From Squalus acanthias (lineage: Eukaryota): DNA of 64,000 bases. Made by a program: the position numbers and the translations under genes. How positions within the stretch are numbered: position 1 is the stretch's first letter; each line of letters opens with the position of its first letter. The stretch is taken from assembly GCA_030390025.1 (NCBI GenBank), contig CM059438.1, positions 57,600,001 through 57,664,000 on the forward strand. The letters are read 5' to 3'. Shown piece by piece: positions 49,282-63,129 of the stretch. Under the pieces are notes generated by a model, which saw only the letters and a program-made list of their open reading frames with translations, was not told where the DNA came from and searched no databases.

Positions 49282-50430
49282 TTAAGTAAATCTGGCCATT
49301 ATGAGGCCATCCCAGGCCTCCCGGGCAGCAATGTGCGACGCTGCTGGTGCCTTCTCCAACTCAGATTCCTCCTCCTTCTCCTCCTCTTCTTCCACCTGTT
49401 CCTCCTCCTCCTCCTCTGAAAAGGCTGTGCGCTCTGCGCATTGCTCCTCCTGCAGCTCCAATCCTCGCTGCTGCGCTATGTTGTACAGCACGCAGCAAAC
49501 AACGATGATTCTGAAGACACTGCCTGGTGCGTACTGAAGCGTTTCTGTAGCTTTGTCAAGGCATCTGAAGGGCATCTTTTGCATGCTTATTGCTTGCTCT
49601 ATGACACATCTGGTGGACATGTGGCTGTCAATATAATGCTCCTCGGCCTCAGTACTTGGCCACCTCAAGGGTGTCATCAGCCATGTCTTCAGTGGATAGC
49701 CCTTGCTTCCAAGCAGCCAGCCGGTAAGTCTGTTTGGTGGTGCGAAGAGCTGAGAGAGGGTGACTGGCACAGCTCTATAGAGTCATGACAGCTGCCAGGG
49801 AATCTGACGTGCACATGCATGATGATCTTTGGGTGCCTTGATGGCCATATGTGTGGAGTCGAAGATGCCCTGCACCTGTGGGAAGCCAGCCAAAGCTGCA
49901 AAGCCGAGCACCCGCTCAGTAATACTGGCTTCATCAGTGGCAAAGTTTACATAATTGGGTGACTTGTCAAACATGGCATCGGTCACCTGGGTAATGCATC
50001 TGTGGGTGGCCGACTGCAAGATCCTGCAAATGTCTGCTGCAGATCCCTGAAATGAGCCTGAGGCGAAGAAGTTGAGGGCAGTGGTGACTTTGACAGCCAC
50101 TGGAAAGGCATGTCCACCAGGTCCTCTGGGCAGCAGGTCTTGTTTCAGCAAATGTCTGCGACGACCTGGCGTGATAACCTGAGCCTCCTGAAGCACTGCT
50201 GCTCAGTCATGTCCAGGAAGCTCATCCTCTGCCTGTATACCCTATGTTGGGGGTATCGCATCTGGCGCAGTGCAGCCCTGTGCTGACCCCCTCTCTCCTG
50301 TGGAGCATCAGGTCATTGAGGAGAAGGCTGCTGTTGTGGTTGCTGCTGCTGGTGTGGCTGGTGTTGGTGTTGGGGCTCATCTTGGTCCTATTCTGAGGTC
50401 CAAGGTGAGACAGCATAAGTAGCACCCATC
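49282..50430 (-). pseudogene. Harbinger (HARBI1-like) DDE transposase, frameshifted
   Basis: [66 protein letters not shown]. Confidence 0.92.
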
Positions 50431-51998
50431 TGATGTAATAGTTGGCAGGTAAAGTGGAGATTGAAGGGCCAATCCCTCAATGTTGTGATAGTGACTACTA
50501 ATGTGGTCAGAGTGGCTTCCGAGGTTGCAGAAATTACCTGCAAACTCCTGATAGCTAAATGTCTGCACAGCAAGAGCTTTCCATTAGCCAAGGAAGCAGG
50601 TGTAATGTAGGAGCATTTATGTGTTTTTCCCAGCTGTTAATGAATGGACTCGCACAATGGCCACTGAGCTTTCGCCGCCCCTTCACAGGCGAAGTTCCCG
50701 AGGTGCGTGAGTCCTGTGCTCAAGAAGTTAAAGCCAAAACCTGCTGTTAAAAAGCTTCTTAATGGTCTCTCAACAAGCATTTAAGTACTTCAATGAGGTC
50801 GCCCATCTCTCCCGAGCAGGTCCGTGGCATGCTGGGACGCGCCTGAGTTAAATGCGGAAGTCGGCGGGTTCCCAAAGCGCTGGCAATTTCCACGATTTTT
50901 ACTGCTGACCTACTCCCAAACTTGCACGCTTGGGACTGGGAAAATTCCGGCCTATGTATACAATCCCTGCTAGCCTAAGGGTATTCTTGGGTGGGAGCGT
51001 AGTGTGTAAAGAATATTTGTTGAAGAATGAAGAAAATCAAACAAGATAGGTAGGGCTAGAAATTTGTTATAGCCAAGAAATGGGCAGTGTTACACTGCAC
51101 CACCTGAAAAATCATCTAGAATGCATGCAAAATTCGTGCTCACTCATGATTCTAGTCTAAAAACTCAAGCTCATTGGCATCACACTGAAAAGCTGGACCA
51201 ATATCGGGGGCAGTCTAATTGCAAGTAATGATTGCCACAGGCTTTTTTCACTACTTAAAGGGGAGGTTCATTGATGTTGCAGCATTTCATTCTCAGGAAG
51301 GTTGGGTGTGCAGCTGCCCCAACAACCATAAGAAGAAGGTCAAGGAGAAGGAAGAGTTCTTTACAAATCCTGATGGCAGATCGTCGCCCCAGGGAGAGAG
51401 CCTGGAGGTTCTCCAATGAAGCTTTCGAGGTGCTGGTTTCCGTGGTGGACAGAAGGCGGGGAGTCCTGTGCCCACCAACTGGCAGGAGACCTTCAACACA
51501 AGTCTTCCGCAATATGTGGAGGGAGGTGGCACGGCACGTCATGGGCACCACTGTGGTCCCCTGGACCCACACCCAGTGCAGGAAGAAGTATAATGACCTC
51601 ACATGGGTGGTCAAGGTGAGTGAAGTTTCAACAAATTCTACACAAGCTTCACACACTGCTCAATGCACCACATCCCTAGCAGTCACCCACCAACAATCTC
51701 TACCTATCAACACTCACACCCACATCTCACACCTTTCACACAACGACAGCTATTCAACAATGGCGGGCACATCACCCAAACACATTGCACCACACTCACT
51801 CACACACTTTCCTTTCTCTTGCAGGCCTTGCAGGCCAATGTGGCACAAAATTGCTGGAAGCAGGAGTGGACAGGCGGGGCCAAGCCCACATTGAAGAGTT
51901 GAGCCAGCTGGAGATGAGAGTGTTGGAGATCATTGGGCGCCAGGTCATCAGTACCGTAGCCACTGGTGACATTGACCCCCTTGGGGACAACAATCGCC

Positions 51999-54870
51999 CA
52001 GAGTGGGATTAAAATGGAGTGTACTTAAACAGAGTGTTTTATTTGGGAATTTGGAAAGTGTGGGAATTTCTGGTAAGTATTTGGGTAAGTAGAAGCTGTA
52101 AAATGTGAAATTTAGTTTAAGATTTTGATTTTAACCTAGAACTTTAAAAACTGTAGTTAACAGAAGCTGCCTGCCAGTGGCAGTTAACTGACAGTCAGTT
52201 GTAAGTGTTTGTCTTGAATAGGCACTAATCACCAGGATCACTTTTAAATGGTGAGGCTCCTAGAGTATAAGAGTAAAGAGGTCTGCAGAGCACAGTGTGG
52301 TCTGCACAGAGCAGGATTAAACTGCAGTGTACTTAAACAGAATGTTTTATTTGGGAATTTGGAAAGAGTGGGAATTTGGAGAAGAGGGGGAAAAAGTTGC
52401 TGCTTTTTGCCTACACTACCTGTAGTGCTTTGTGTTACAGGTAGATATATAATTTAACTTAATCTAGATCAAGTAAGCAGTCAAGAAACTACACTGTAAA
52501 CTAAGTTACCTAATTAGAAATGTAATTACATTTAATTAAATAAAACAAGGTCATATAGGGATGGCAGTGCAGGTGGTGTGCCGCAACTGCAGCATGTGGG
52601 AGTTTGTGGAGAGCATTGTGATCCCGGACAACATTTGCAGTAAGTGCCTGCATCTTGAGGAACTTCAGTTCAGAGTGTTTGAGCTGGAGTCTGAGGTGCA
52701 GACATTGCAGGGCATCAGGGATGGGGAGAGTTACCTGGACACTTTGATCCAGGAGGCAGTCACACCCCTTAGGTTAGGTAGTGGTACAGGTCTGGTTAGT
52801 GGTCAGGGACAGAAGGGTGTGACAGCTACTCAGGCAGGTAAGGGGACCCCAGGTACAGTGCTGGAGGAGCCTCAGCCTTTGCCCTTGTCCAACAGGTATG
52901 AGGTTCTTGCTGCCTGTGTGGATGAGGGAAAAGCCTGCAGGATGGATGAGCAAGCTGACCATTGCACCATGGAGCAGGAGGCCATTCAAGTGGGGGGAGT
53001 GAAAGGGAATGTAGTTGTGGTAGGGGACAGTATAGTCAGGGGGATAGATACTGTTCTCTGCAGCCGTGACCGAGATTTCCGAAGGTTGTGTTGCCTGCCC
53101 GGTGCCAGGGTTAAAGACATCTCCTTGTGGCTGGAGGAGAACTTGGAGTGGGAGGGCCCAGTTGTCGTGGTCCATGAAAGAACCAACGACATAGGTAGAA
53201 CTAGGAATGAGATTCTGCTGAGGGAGGTTGAGAAGCTAGGATCCAAATTAAAAAGCAGAACCTGAAAGGTAATAATCTCTGCATTGTTACCTGAGCCATG
53301 TGCAAATTGGCATAGGGATAAACAGATTAGAGGTTTACATGCATGGCTCAAAGAGTGGTGTGGGAGGAAGGGGTTTCAGTTCATGGGGCACTGGCACCAG
53401 TACTGGGGAAAGAGGGAGCTGTTCGGTTGGGACAGGCTCCACTTAAACTGGGCTGGGACCAGTGTCCTGGCAAACCGAATAACGAGGGCAGTAGACAGGG
53501 CTTTAAACTAATGAAGGGGGTGGGAGGATTCAGGAAAGAGTAAATTTAAAAGCAGCGAGAGAAACGTCAAGGCTCGAGAGCAGAGCAGAGTTTTGGGTAA
53601 AAATAAGCAGAGTGGGTCAGGAAGGGACAGAGAGAGTAACAAAGGTGATAAGGCATTAGTGGCTAAGGTGACATCAGGGAAAAATAGAAAAAAGCCATAG
53701 GTAAAGACACTATATCTGAATGCGCAAAGCATTTGCAACAAAATAGATGAATTAATAGCGCAGATTGAAATTAATAGGTTTGATCTAATAGCCATTACGG
53801 AGACGTGGTTGCAATGTGGCCAAGGTTGGGAACGAAATATTCCAGGATACTTAACTTTTAGAAGAGAAAGGCAAAATGAAAAAAAAAGGAGGGGTAGCCC
53901 TGATAATAAAGGATGGGATAAAGACAGTTGAGAGAAAGGATCTTAACTCTGAAAATCAAGAAGTAGAATCAGTTTGGGTGGAGATAAGAAACAGCAAGGG
54001 GCAGAAAACATTGGTGGGAGTTGTTTATAGGCCCCCAAACTGTAGTTGTAATGTAGGGCAGAGTATAAATCAGGAAATTAGAGGTGCATGTAACAAGGGT
54101 AATACAGTAATCATGGGGGACTTTAATCTACATCTAGACTGGGCAAACCAAATTTGCAGTAATAGTGTGGAGGATGAATACCTGGAATGTATGCAAGATA
54201 ATTTTCTGGATCAGTATGTTGAGGAACCAACTAGGGAACAGGCTATTTTAGATCTAGTATTGCGCAACGAGAAAGGAGTAATTAAGAACCTTGTAGTAAA
54301 GGGGCCTTTAAGGAAGAGTGACCATAACATGATAGAATTATATTGAGTTTGAAAGTGATTTAGTTAAATCTGAAACTAGGGTCTTAAATCTAATCAAAGC
54401 AAACTACGTAGGTATGAGGGGTGAGTTGGCTAAGGTAGATTGGAAGACTACATTAAAAGGTCTGATGGTAGAGAAGCAATGGCTAGCATTTAAAGAATTA
54501 ATACATAATTTACAACAAATATACATTTCTTTAAGGCACAAAAACCACACAGGAAAAGTGGTCCAACCGTGGCTAACAAGAGAAGTTAAAGATAGTATTA
54601 GATCAAAGGAAGAGGCGTATAATGTTGCCAAGAGTAGTAAGCCTGAGGATTGGGAGGGTTTTAGAATTCGGCAAAGGAGGACCAAGAAATTGATAAAGGG
54701 AAAATAGAATGAGAGTAAACTAGCGAGAGACATAAAAACAGACTGTAAAAGCTGCTAAAGGTATGTAAAAAGGAAAAGATTAGCAAGTAAACGTGGGTCC
54801 CTTACAGGCTGAGACAGGTGAAATTATAATGGGGAATAAGGAAATGGCACAGAAATTAAACAAATACTTT
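51999..54870 (+). mobile_element. CR1 LINE 5' part: duplicated 5' UTR, ORF1 (Zn-finger/coiled coil and SGNH/GDSL esterase), ORF2 APE
   Basis: CRNC..CSKC, VVVVGDSIVRG, CLPGARV, HLN in ORF1 (52561-53511); VYRPP, MGDFN, SDH in ORF2. Confidence 0.93.
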
Positions 54871-57675
54871 GAGCTGGATTTTCCCAGCGGAGTCGGGTTT
54901 GTTGTTTGGCGGGTTCCGGTTCCGCTGCCGGTTTCAACCGCACTGAGATAACGATTTTCACTTTATTGGGCTTATTAAGCCCACCATGCGCGCTACCCAG
55001 CCCAATCAGTGGGTTCAGGTCTTCGATTCAGCTGCATTTAAGGGGCCAATGTAACCTTTGGGTTTCATTTACTTTCTGATGCTCCTGACACCTGGTCTTT
55101 GCAAGATGACTGCTGCAAGAGCAAAGGCTGCTCCCCACTTTGATGATGACTCCCTCCATGATCTTGTGGAGGGAGTAAGAGGGTGCAAGGAGGTTCTGTT
55201 CCCTCCCAATAGACGGAGGAAACCTCCTCAGCACATAAAGGCAGCCTGGCTGCAAATTGCTGAGGAGGTAAGCCCTAGGTCGTTGTGTGCACGCACCTGG
55301 GTGCAGTGCAGAAAAAGGTTCAATGATCTGCTACGCACAGCAAAAGTGAGTATAACATCACACTTACCTTCAATCTGCTTCCCATCTGTTCTCATCATCA
55401 GCACTCTGCATTGTCAACCTACTCCTCCACATCCTAACTTACCCTTACATCCCTTAACCATCCCTCCCTCTCTATGTACAGAATCACTTCACCATTCTAC
55501 TCTGCACCCCTCACACTCGCTCTCACTGTTATGCAATGACAACTAACAACGCACAGGGAGGAACCTTGATATTGGCACCTCACTCCATCTTTGTCTCCCT
55601 CTAAGCATCTATGTTATGGATTCTTTACACTCACTCCATCAATCGCGCTGAAACTCCACTTGTGTCCCTCATTGCAGGAAAAGAGAGCCCACAATAAGGA
55701 GAGGGGGAGGACAGGAGGAGGCCTACCTTCGATGGAGCACTTAACCAACGTGGAGGAGGGTGCTATCGAGATCGTCGGGGGGTGCAGAGGAGCTGGAAGT
55801 GGGGGACGGAGAGATGGGCGCAGTACAGCAAGCTGGTGACAGAATAGATTTGCAACCCTCTCATTTAGATTTCATGAGTGACTGATAAGGCATCTGGTGT
55901 TCATAGAAATTGACTTCTGATCATCTGCACAATAGGATGTTTCTGCTACCTAAATATCACATGTCTAACTCATGCCTTTACTCCCCCCACAGGACCATCG
56001 AGAGCCCCCCTCCCCACTCTCCAGGAGGAAGAGCCAGACGACTCCTCAGAAGAACCTGCAGCCTCTGAGAGAGCAGCGTCAGTAGAAATGAGCGCACCCA
56101 GCACCAGCGCAGAGACGCACACCTTGATGGTTCCTTTGCAACATAGAGTAGTGTTGTCACCTGGTGTATCACAGCTCACAAGTGAGCATCAGCAAATGGT
56201 GGAGACAACGACAGCAGTGGAGAGTCTTCATTGGAGGCCATAGGATGATCTTAGCTCTGATCAGCTGCATGTAGACGCTGTGTCTCTGGGGCCATCCTGA
56301 AAGAGAGCGGTGCTGGAGCTTCAGGAACAAGTGCAGGATGCTCTGGCAGGATTTGCAAGCATGGTAACTGCGAGTGTGCAGAGAATGGTGGAGTCCATGT
56401 CAAACATGAGCAATGCCGTGGTGCACGCAATGGCGAATGTAGGTGCCGCCATGGAAAGGATGGCAACCTCCATGGAAGACATAAATCGCCAGACTCAGGA
56501 GAACATGGTAATACTTCTAAACAGATGGGCATCTATGGAGGATAGATAGGCATCTATTAAGGAGAGAAACCAAAGGTTCATGGACGTCCTTGTTATGAGG
56601 AATGTCAGCACAGAAATGGGTCCTCATGGCCCCACTGATGTGCAGCAAGGTGTTCTCCAGCTACTTGCGAGCAGTGAAGTGCGGGTGACACATGAGAGGG
56701 ATGTTGGTGGTCGACAACAAGTAAGTGGGGGCTCCTCTCCAAGCGCTCACACTCCCATGCCACTGCAGAGCCCTTGGTCAGAGCCCCAGATTCCTCACCC
56801 AACTGGGATGGCCGTCTCTGCCCCTGCACAGCCGCAGGAGGAGCAGATTGTTACAGAGCCCTCCCAGGTTCCCAAAGCCAGAGGACGCCCACCAAAGGCA
56901 TCTAAGTAGGCGCAGCAGGGTAGTGAGCAAGCTGCCTCTACATCCGCTGAAGCCACAGGGGAAGCACCACGTAGAAGCACGCGTAAGAGAAAGCTAACAC
57001 ACAAATAGTCACAAAGGTACTCACTTGGGTGTTTTGATATAATACAAAGTTACGTTTGCCATCTTTATTTCTGCTGTATTAAACAAATGCGATGTAGTTG
57101 GCCGATGTGTGCTCAGAATTGGAAGTGGCACTGTGAGGGGTGAGGGTGCCTTTCATCTGCAGTGATCATGGGGAGAGTGATAGAAATGCACAGGTCATTG
57201 TACAGAAGCTGTATGATGTGTAATGAAGGCCCTGCAAACCCTCATATCCATGTGCCAGCCACATGTCTTTGCTGCGTGAAGTTACGCAAATCTGGCATGG
57301 ATTAAGGCATCCCTTGCCTCACGGCCAGCAATGTGCTTACGTGCTGGTGGCACTGGGACAGCCGCCTCCACCAGGTCTTCCTCATCTGCAGTCTCATTCG
57401 GATCTTCCTCCTTTTCCTCCTCTGAGGAGGAGGCTGTGTGGTCTGCCACTTGTTCCTCAGGCAGCGGCAAGCCACGCTGCAGTGCGATGTTGTGCAGGGC
57501 ACAGCAGACCACAATGATTCTGGACACCCTGGGTGGTGCGTACTGTAGGGTTCCACTAGATCTGTTCAGGTATCTGAAGCGCATTTTGAGCAAGCCTGTG
57601 GTTTGCTCTATGATGCTTCTGGTGGAAATGTGGCTGTCATTGTAGCGCTCCTCAGTCTCGTTCGATGGCCTCCCC
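54871..57675 (+). mobile_element. Harbinger element (Myb/SANT gene 55106-57008 +, transposase C-terminus 57282-57670 -) nested in CR1, right side deleted
   Basis: TIR-like GAGCTGGATTTTCCC; RTWVQCRKRFNDL; IIEQTTGLLKMRFR..VVCCALHNIA; close relative of 10955-13778. Confidence 0.9.
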
Positions 57676-58236
57676 AACGGACAGAAAACAGAGAGTAGGA
57701 ATAAACGGGTCATTTTCGTGTTTGCAGGCTGTAACTAATGGGGTGCCGCAGGGATCAGTGCTTGGGCCTCAGATATTCACAATCTATATCAATGATTTGG
57801 ATGAGGAGAACAAATGTAATATATCCAAGTTCGCTGATGATACAAAGCTGGGTGGGAATGTAAGTTGTGAGGAGGATGCAAAGAGGCTTCAAGGGGATAT
57901 AGACAAGCTAAGTGAATGGGCAAGAACATGGCAAATGGAATATAATGTTGAGAAATGTGAAGTTATCCACTTTGGTAGGAAATATAGAAAAGCAGAGTAT
58001 TTTTTAAATGATGATAGATTGGGAAATGCTGGTGTTCAGAGGGACCTGGGTGTACTTGTACACGAATCACTGCAAGTTAACATGCAGGTACAGCAAGCAA
58101 TTAGGAAAGCAAATGGTATGTTGGCCTTTATTACAAGTTTAAAGACATCTTATTGCAATTATATAGGGCCCTGGTGAGACCACACCTGGAGTATTGTGCA
58201 CAGTTTTGGTCTCCTTACCTAAGGAAGGATATACTT
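57676..58236 (+). mobile_element. CR1 RT segment (continuation)
   Basis: [29 protein letters not shown]. Confidence 0.93.
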
Positions 58237-61190
58237 CATGGGGTCCAGAGTCAATGTTGAGGACTCCCAGGGCCACTCCTTCCAAACTGTATACTACTGT
58301 GCCGCCACCCCTGGTGGGTCTGTCCTGCCGGTGGGACAGGACATACCCAGGGATGGTGATGGAGGACTTTGGGCTGAAAGGTATTATTCTGTGAGTATGA
58401 CTATGTCAGGCTGTTGCTTGACTAGTCTGTGCGACAGCTCTCCCAATTTTGGCACAAGTCTCCAGATGTTGGTGAGGAGGACTTTGCAGGGTTGACTGGG
58501 CTGGGTGTGCCGTTGCCGTGTCCGTAGCCGGTGCTGAGGCCGATGTCGGGTGGTCTGTCCGGTTTCATTCTTATTATGTCTCATGGCTTCAGGTCAAGCA
58601 TGGGCAAGGAAACCTCCTGCTGATTACCACCTACCGCCCTCCCTCAGCTGATGAATCAGTACTCCTCCATGTTGAACACTACTTGGAAGAAGCACTGAGG
58701 ATAGTAAGGGCACAGAATGTACTCTGGGTGGGGGACTTCAATGTACATCACCAAGAGTGGCTCGGTAGCACCACTATTGAATGAGCTGGCCGAGTCCTGA
58801 AGGACACAACTGCCAGTCTGGGACTGCGACAGGTGGTGAGAGAACCAACACGTGGGTAATACCTACTTGACCTCGTCCTCACCAATCTACCTGTCGCAGA
58901 TGCATCTGTCCATGACAGCATTGGTAGCAGTGACCACCACACAGTTATTGTGGAGACGAAGTTCCGTCTTCACACTGAGGACACCCTCCATCGTGTTGTG
59001 TGGCACTACCACCGTGCTAAATGGGATAGATTCAGAACAGATCTAGCAGCTAAAAACTGGGCATCCATGAGGCGCTGTGGGCCAGCAGCAGCAGCAAAAT
59101 TGTATTCCACCACAATCTGTAACCTCGTGGCCCGGCATATCCCTCACTCTACCATTACCATGAAGCCGGGGACCAACCCTGGTTCAATAAGGAGTGTAGA
59201 AGAGCATGCCAGGAGCAGCACCAGGCATACCTAAAAATGAGGTGCCGACCTGGGGAAGCTGCAACACAGGACTACATGCATGCTAAAAAGCGGAAGCAGC
59301 ATGCTAGACAGGGCTAAATGATCCCACAATCAACGGATCAGATCAAAGCTCTGCAGTCCTGCCACATCCAGTCGTGAATGGTGGTGGACCATTAAACAAC
59401 TAACAGCAGGAGGAGGCTCCATGAATATCCCCATCCTCAATGATGGTGGAGCCCAGCACGTGAGTGCAAAAGACAAGGCTGAAGCGTTTGTAACCATCTT
59501 CAGCCAGAAGTGCCGAGTGGATGATCCATATCGAACTACTCCCGAGATCCCCACCATCACAGAAGCCAGTCTTCAGCCAATTCGATTCACTCCACGTGAT
59601 ATCAAGAAACGGCTGAGCGCACTGGATACAGCAAAGGCTATGGGCCCTGACAACATCCCGGCTATCGTGCTGAAGACTTGTGCTCCAGAACTAGCCGTGC
59701 CTCTAGCCAAGCTGTTCCAGTACAGCTACAACACTGGCATCTATCTGACAATGTGGAAAGCTGCCAAGGTATGTCCTGTTCACAAAAAGCAGGACAAATC
59801 CAACCCGGCCAATTACCGCCCCATCAGTCTACTCTCAATCATCAGCAAAGTGATGGAAAGTGTCATCGACAGTGATATCAAGCGGCAGTGACTCACGAAT
59901 AACCTGCTCACTGATGCCCAGTTTGGGTTCCGCCAAGACCACTCGGCTCCCGACCTCATTACAGCCTTGGTCCAAACATGGACAAACGAGCTGAATTCCA
60001 GAGGTGAGGTGAGAGTGACTGCCCTTGACATCAAGGCAGCATTTGACTGAGTGTGTGGCTTCAAGGAGCCCTAGTAAAGCTGAAGTCAATGGGAATCAGG
60101 GGGAAATCTCTCCACTGGCTGGAGTCATACCTAGCACAAAGGAAGATGGTTGTGGTGATTGAAGGTCAATCATCACAGCCCCAGGACATCGCTGCAGAAA
60201 TTCCTCAGGGCAGTGTCCTAGGCCCAAGCATCTTCAGCTGCTTCATCAATGAACTTCCCTCCAACATAAGGTCAGAAATGGGGATGTTCGCTGATGATTG
60301 CACAGTGTTCAGCACCATTCACAACTCCCCAGATAATAAAGCAGTCCATGTCCGCATGCAACAAGACCTGGACGACGTTCAGGCTTGGGCTGATAAGTGG
60401 CAGGTAACATTTGCACCACAGAAGTGACAGGCAATGACTATCTCCAACAAGCGAGAGGCTAACCGCCTCCACTTGACATTCAACGGCATTGTGATCACCG
60501 AATCCCCCACCATCAACATCCTGGGGCTCGCCATTGACCAGAAACTTAACTGGACTAGCCACATAAATACTGTGGCAACAAGAGCAGGTCAGAGGCTAGG
60601 TATTCTGTGGCGAGTGTCTCACCTCCTGACTTCCCAAAGCCTTTCCACCATCTACAAGGTACAAGTAAGGAGTGTGATGGAATACTCTCCACTTGCCTGG
60701 ATGAGTGCAGCTCCAACAACACTCAAGAAGCTCGACACCATCCAAGATAAAGCAGCCGCTTGATTGGCACCCCATCCACCACCTTAAACATTCACTCCCT
60801 CCACCACTGGCGTACCGTGGCTGCAGTGTGTACCATCTACAAGATGCACTGCAGCAACTCGCCAAGGCCTCTTCGGCAGCACCTCCCAAACCCGCGACCT
60901 CTTCCACCTAGAAGGACAAGGGCAGCAGGCGCATGGGAACACCACCACCTCCAAGTTCCCCTCCAAGTCACACACCATCCTGACTCAGAAGTATATCGCC
61001 GATCCTTCATCGTCGCTGGGTCAAAATCCTGGAACTCCCTACCTAACAGCACTGTGGGAGTACCTTCACCACACGGACTGCAGCGGTTCAAGAAGGCGGC
61101 TCACCACCACCTTCTCAAAGGCAACTAGGGATGGGCAACAAATGCTGGCCTTGCCAGCGACGCTCAGATCCCATAAGCGAATTTAAAAAA
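58237..61190 (+). mobile_element. Non-LTR family B element with near-complete ORF2 and 5' inversion
   Basis: ATACTT duplicated at 58231-6 and 61191-6; 58237-58580 inverted (APE N-terminus PDIVILTE); [21 protein letters not shown]-rich tail. Confidence 0.93.
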
Positions 61191-61196
61191 ATACTT

Positions 61197-61702
61197 GCCG
61201 TAGAGGGAGTGCAACGAAGATTCACCAGACTGGTTCCAGGATGGGGGAATGTCGTATGAGGAGAGATTGAGTAGACTAGGCCTATATTCTCTAGAGTCTA
61301 GAAGAATCAGAGGTGATCTCATTGAAACATACAAAATTCTTACAGGGCTTGACAAGATGGATGCAGGAAGGATGTTTCCCCTGGCTGGGAGTCCAGAACC
61401 AGGGGTCACAGTCTCAGAATAAGGGGTCGGCCATTTAGGACTGAAGAGGAGAAATTTCTTCACTCAGAGGGTGGTGGATCTTTGGAATTCTCTACCCCGG
61501 AGGGCTGTGGAGGCTCAGTTGTTGAGTATATTCAGGACAGAGATCGATAGATTTTTGGATATTAAGGGAATCAAGGGATATGTGGATAGTGCAGGAAAGT
61601 GGAGTTGAGGTAGAAGATCAGCCATGATCTTATTGAATGGCGGAGCAGTTCGAAGGGGCCAAATGGCCTACTCCTGCTCCTATTTCTTATGTTCTTATGT
61701 TC
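61197..61702 (+). mobile_element. CR1 3' end (continuation)
   Basis: AVEGVQRRFTRL..; TTCTTATG tail repeats. Confidence 0.93.
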
Positions 61703-63129
61703 ATTACTGATCCTTCTTCTCACATCCCACTTCCCCCTCCGCCCACAATCTTTTCTCACTTACAAGCTACTCATGCTGTATGCATGTATTCCTGCCTTCC
61801 TGCCCCCCTCCCCTCACCATAACCCGACACTTGTGCCTTTCTGCTCTCAGATAACCAGCAAGCACCCGAGCAGCCTGTCCCCGAGGGCACCGATGAGCGT
61901 GAGGGGGGAGAAGAGGAGGAAGAAGAAGACTTCATCTCTCACCAACTTAGAAACTGGTACTACGCGTTCTTTTGAGGCTGGTGTAGTAGCGGGATCTGCA
62001 CAGGGTGAGGCACCGGGCACGAATGGGCTGCAGCAAGGCCAGAGGAAAGGGTAGCTGGGGAGCCAGCTCCCCAGAGGGCGAGTTCTGCTGCACAGGACTC
62101 AGATGAGGACCTTGATGGGGAGGCCTTCAGAAGAAGGGTGATGGGCATGCACACGGAAATGATAGGTGCAATGGCAAAGCTGCCAGACAGCCCCTGGGCA
62201 ATGGCAAGGAGTGTGGAGGAGTCCGCCTCCAACATTGCACGGGGCTCTGCGCAGAGCATGGAGCCCAGGATTTCCAGTCTGGAAATGACGGTGCACTCCC
62301 AGAGAGACTGCGGTGACCCAGACATGATGGTGCGCATGATGAGCGATGTCGCAGTTTCCATTGCAGCACAGGCGGAAGCGACCCAACATCTTAGTGCTTC
62401 AGCGGAAGCTCAGACTGATCTCATGCAGTCTCTGCTTGAAGGCATCAAAGCTCTGACTGCTCTCATGCAGTCTCAGCGTGGTGCCACCCAAGCTCTGACT
62501 GCTGCCATCATGGCTGGGTCTACCACCGTCAACCGGGGCATTCACGGTGTTGCAGCAGGCCAGCAATCTGTGTTCCAACAGATTGCTAGGAATGCTGAGG
62601 CACCGCCCCAGTGGAGTGGCAGTGGGTTTGTGGAGCAGGAGCCTGCTGTCCTCCCTCAGAATGACAGCATTCCTATTCCCACCACTGCCACTCCGCCTTT
62701 GCCCTTGCAGCTGCCTGTCAGCCAGCCAGCCCAGTCTGCTGCCACACATGCCGAGGTGGTGCAGTCTACAGCCGGGCCTTCTAGGTCCACAGCTGGTCGA
62801 GGTCGTCCTGAAAGGCACATCTGAAGTCTCCCACACAGAAACTCAGCAGCCTTCCACCAGCTGTGTTGCAGCCACTGGGGGCGAACTGCTTTGGAGCACT
62901 AGAGTAGGAAAAGGCACATGAACAACAGGCACTAATGGATTGCACAAGGGTGATTAGTTAATAGTAATCATGTGATATATGTGATATGTTTATAGATAAA
63001 TTTATTAATTGTGTTTGGAATCTTTTGTGGTAGCTCTCATTTCAGCTTCGCGCCCAGGAGGACGTTGTGATACGGCGTGAGACAGATATGGGATGTGGTG
63101 AGCTATGGGGATCTGGGGTTTCATTCATG

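Larger units (their letters stand above)
46860..50952. mobile_element. Near full-length Harbinger transposon (convergent Myb/SANT and transposase genes), decayed
   Basis: Two-gene tail-to-tail layout; right TIR GGAAAATTCCGGCC; left end eroded. Confidence 0.9.
51373..62920 (+). pseudogene. Harbinger Myb/SANT gene split by a 9.7-kb nested insertion (exons about 51373-51615, 51824-51995, 61851-62920)
   Basis: RERAWRFSNEAFEVLV..QCRKKYNDLT..K|gtgagt; exon 2 ..TGGA; exon-3-like MARSVEESAS..STAGPSR. Confidence 0.7.

Noticed and set aside
47144..50430. Domesticated host HARBI1/NAIF1/MSANTD genes
   Set aside because: Multiple stops and frameshifts, TIRs, and several paralogous copies in the window indicate transposon relics.
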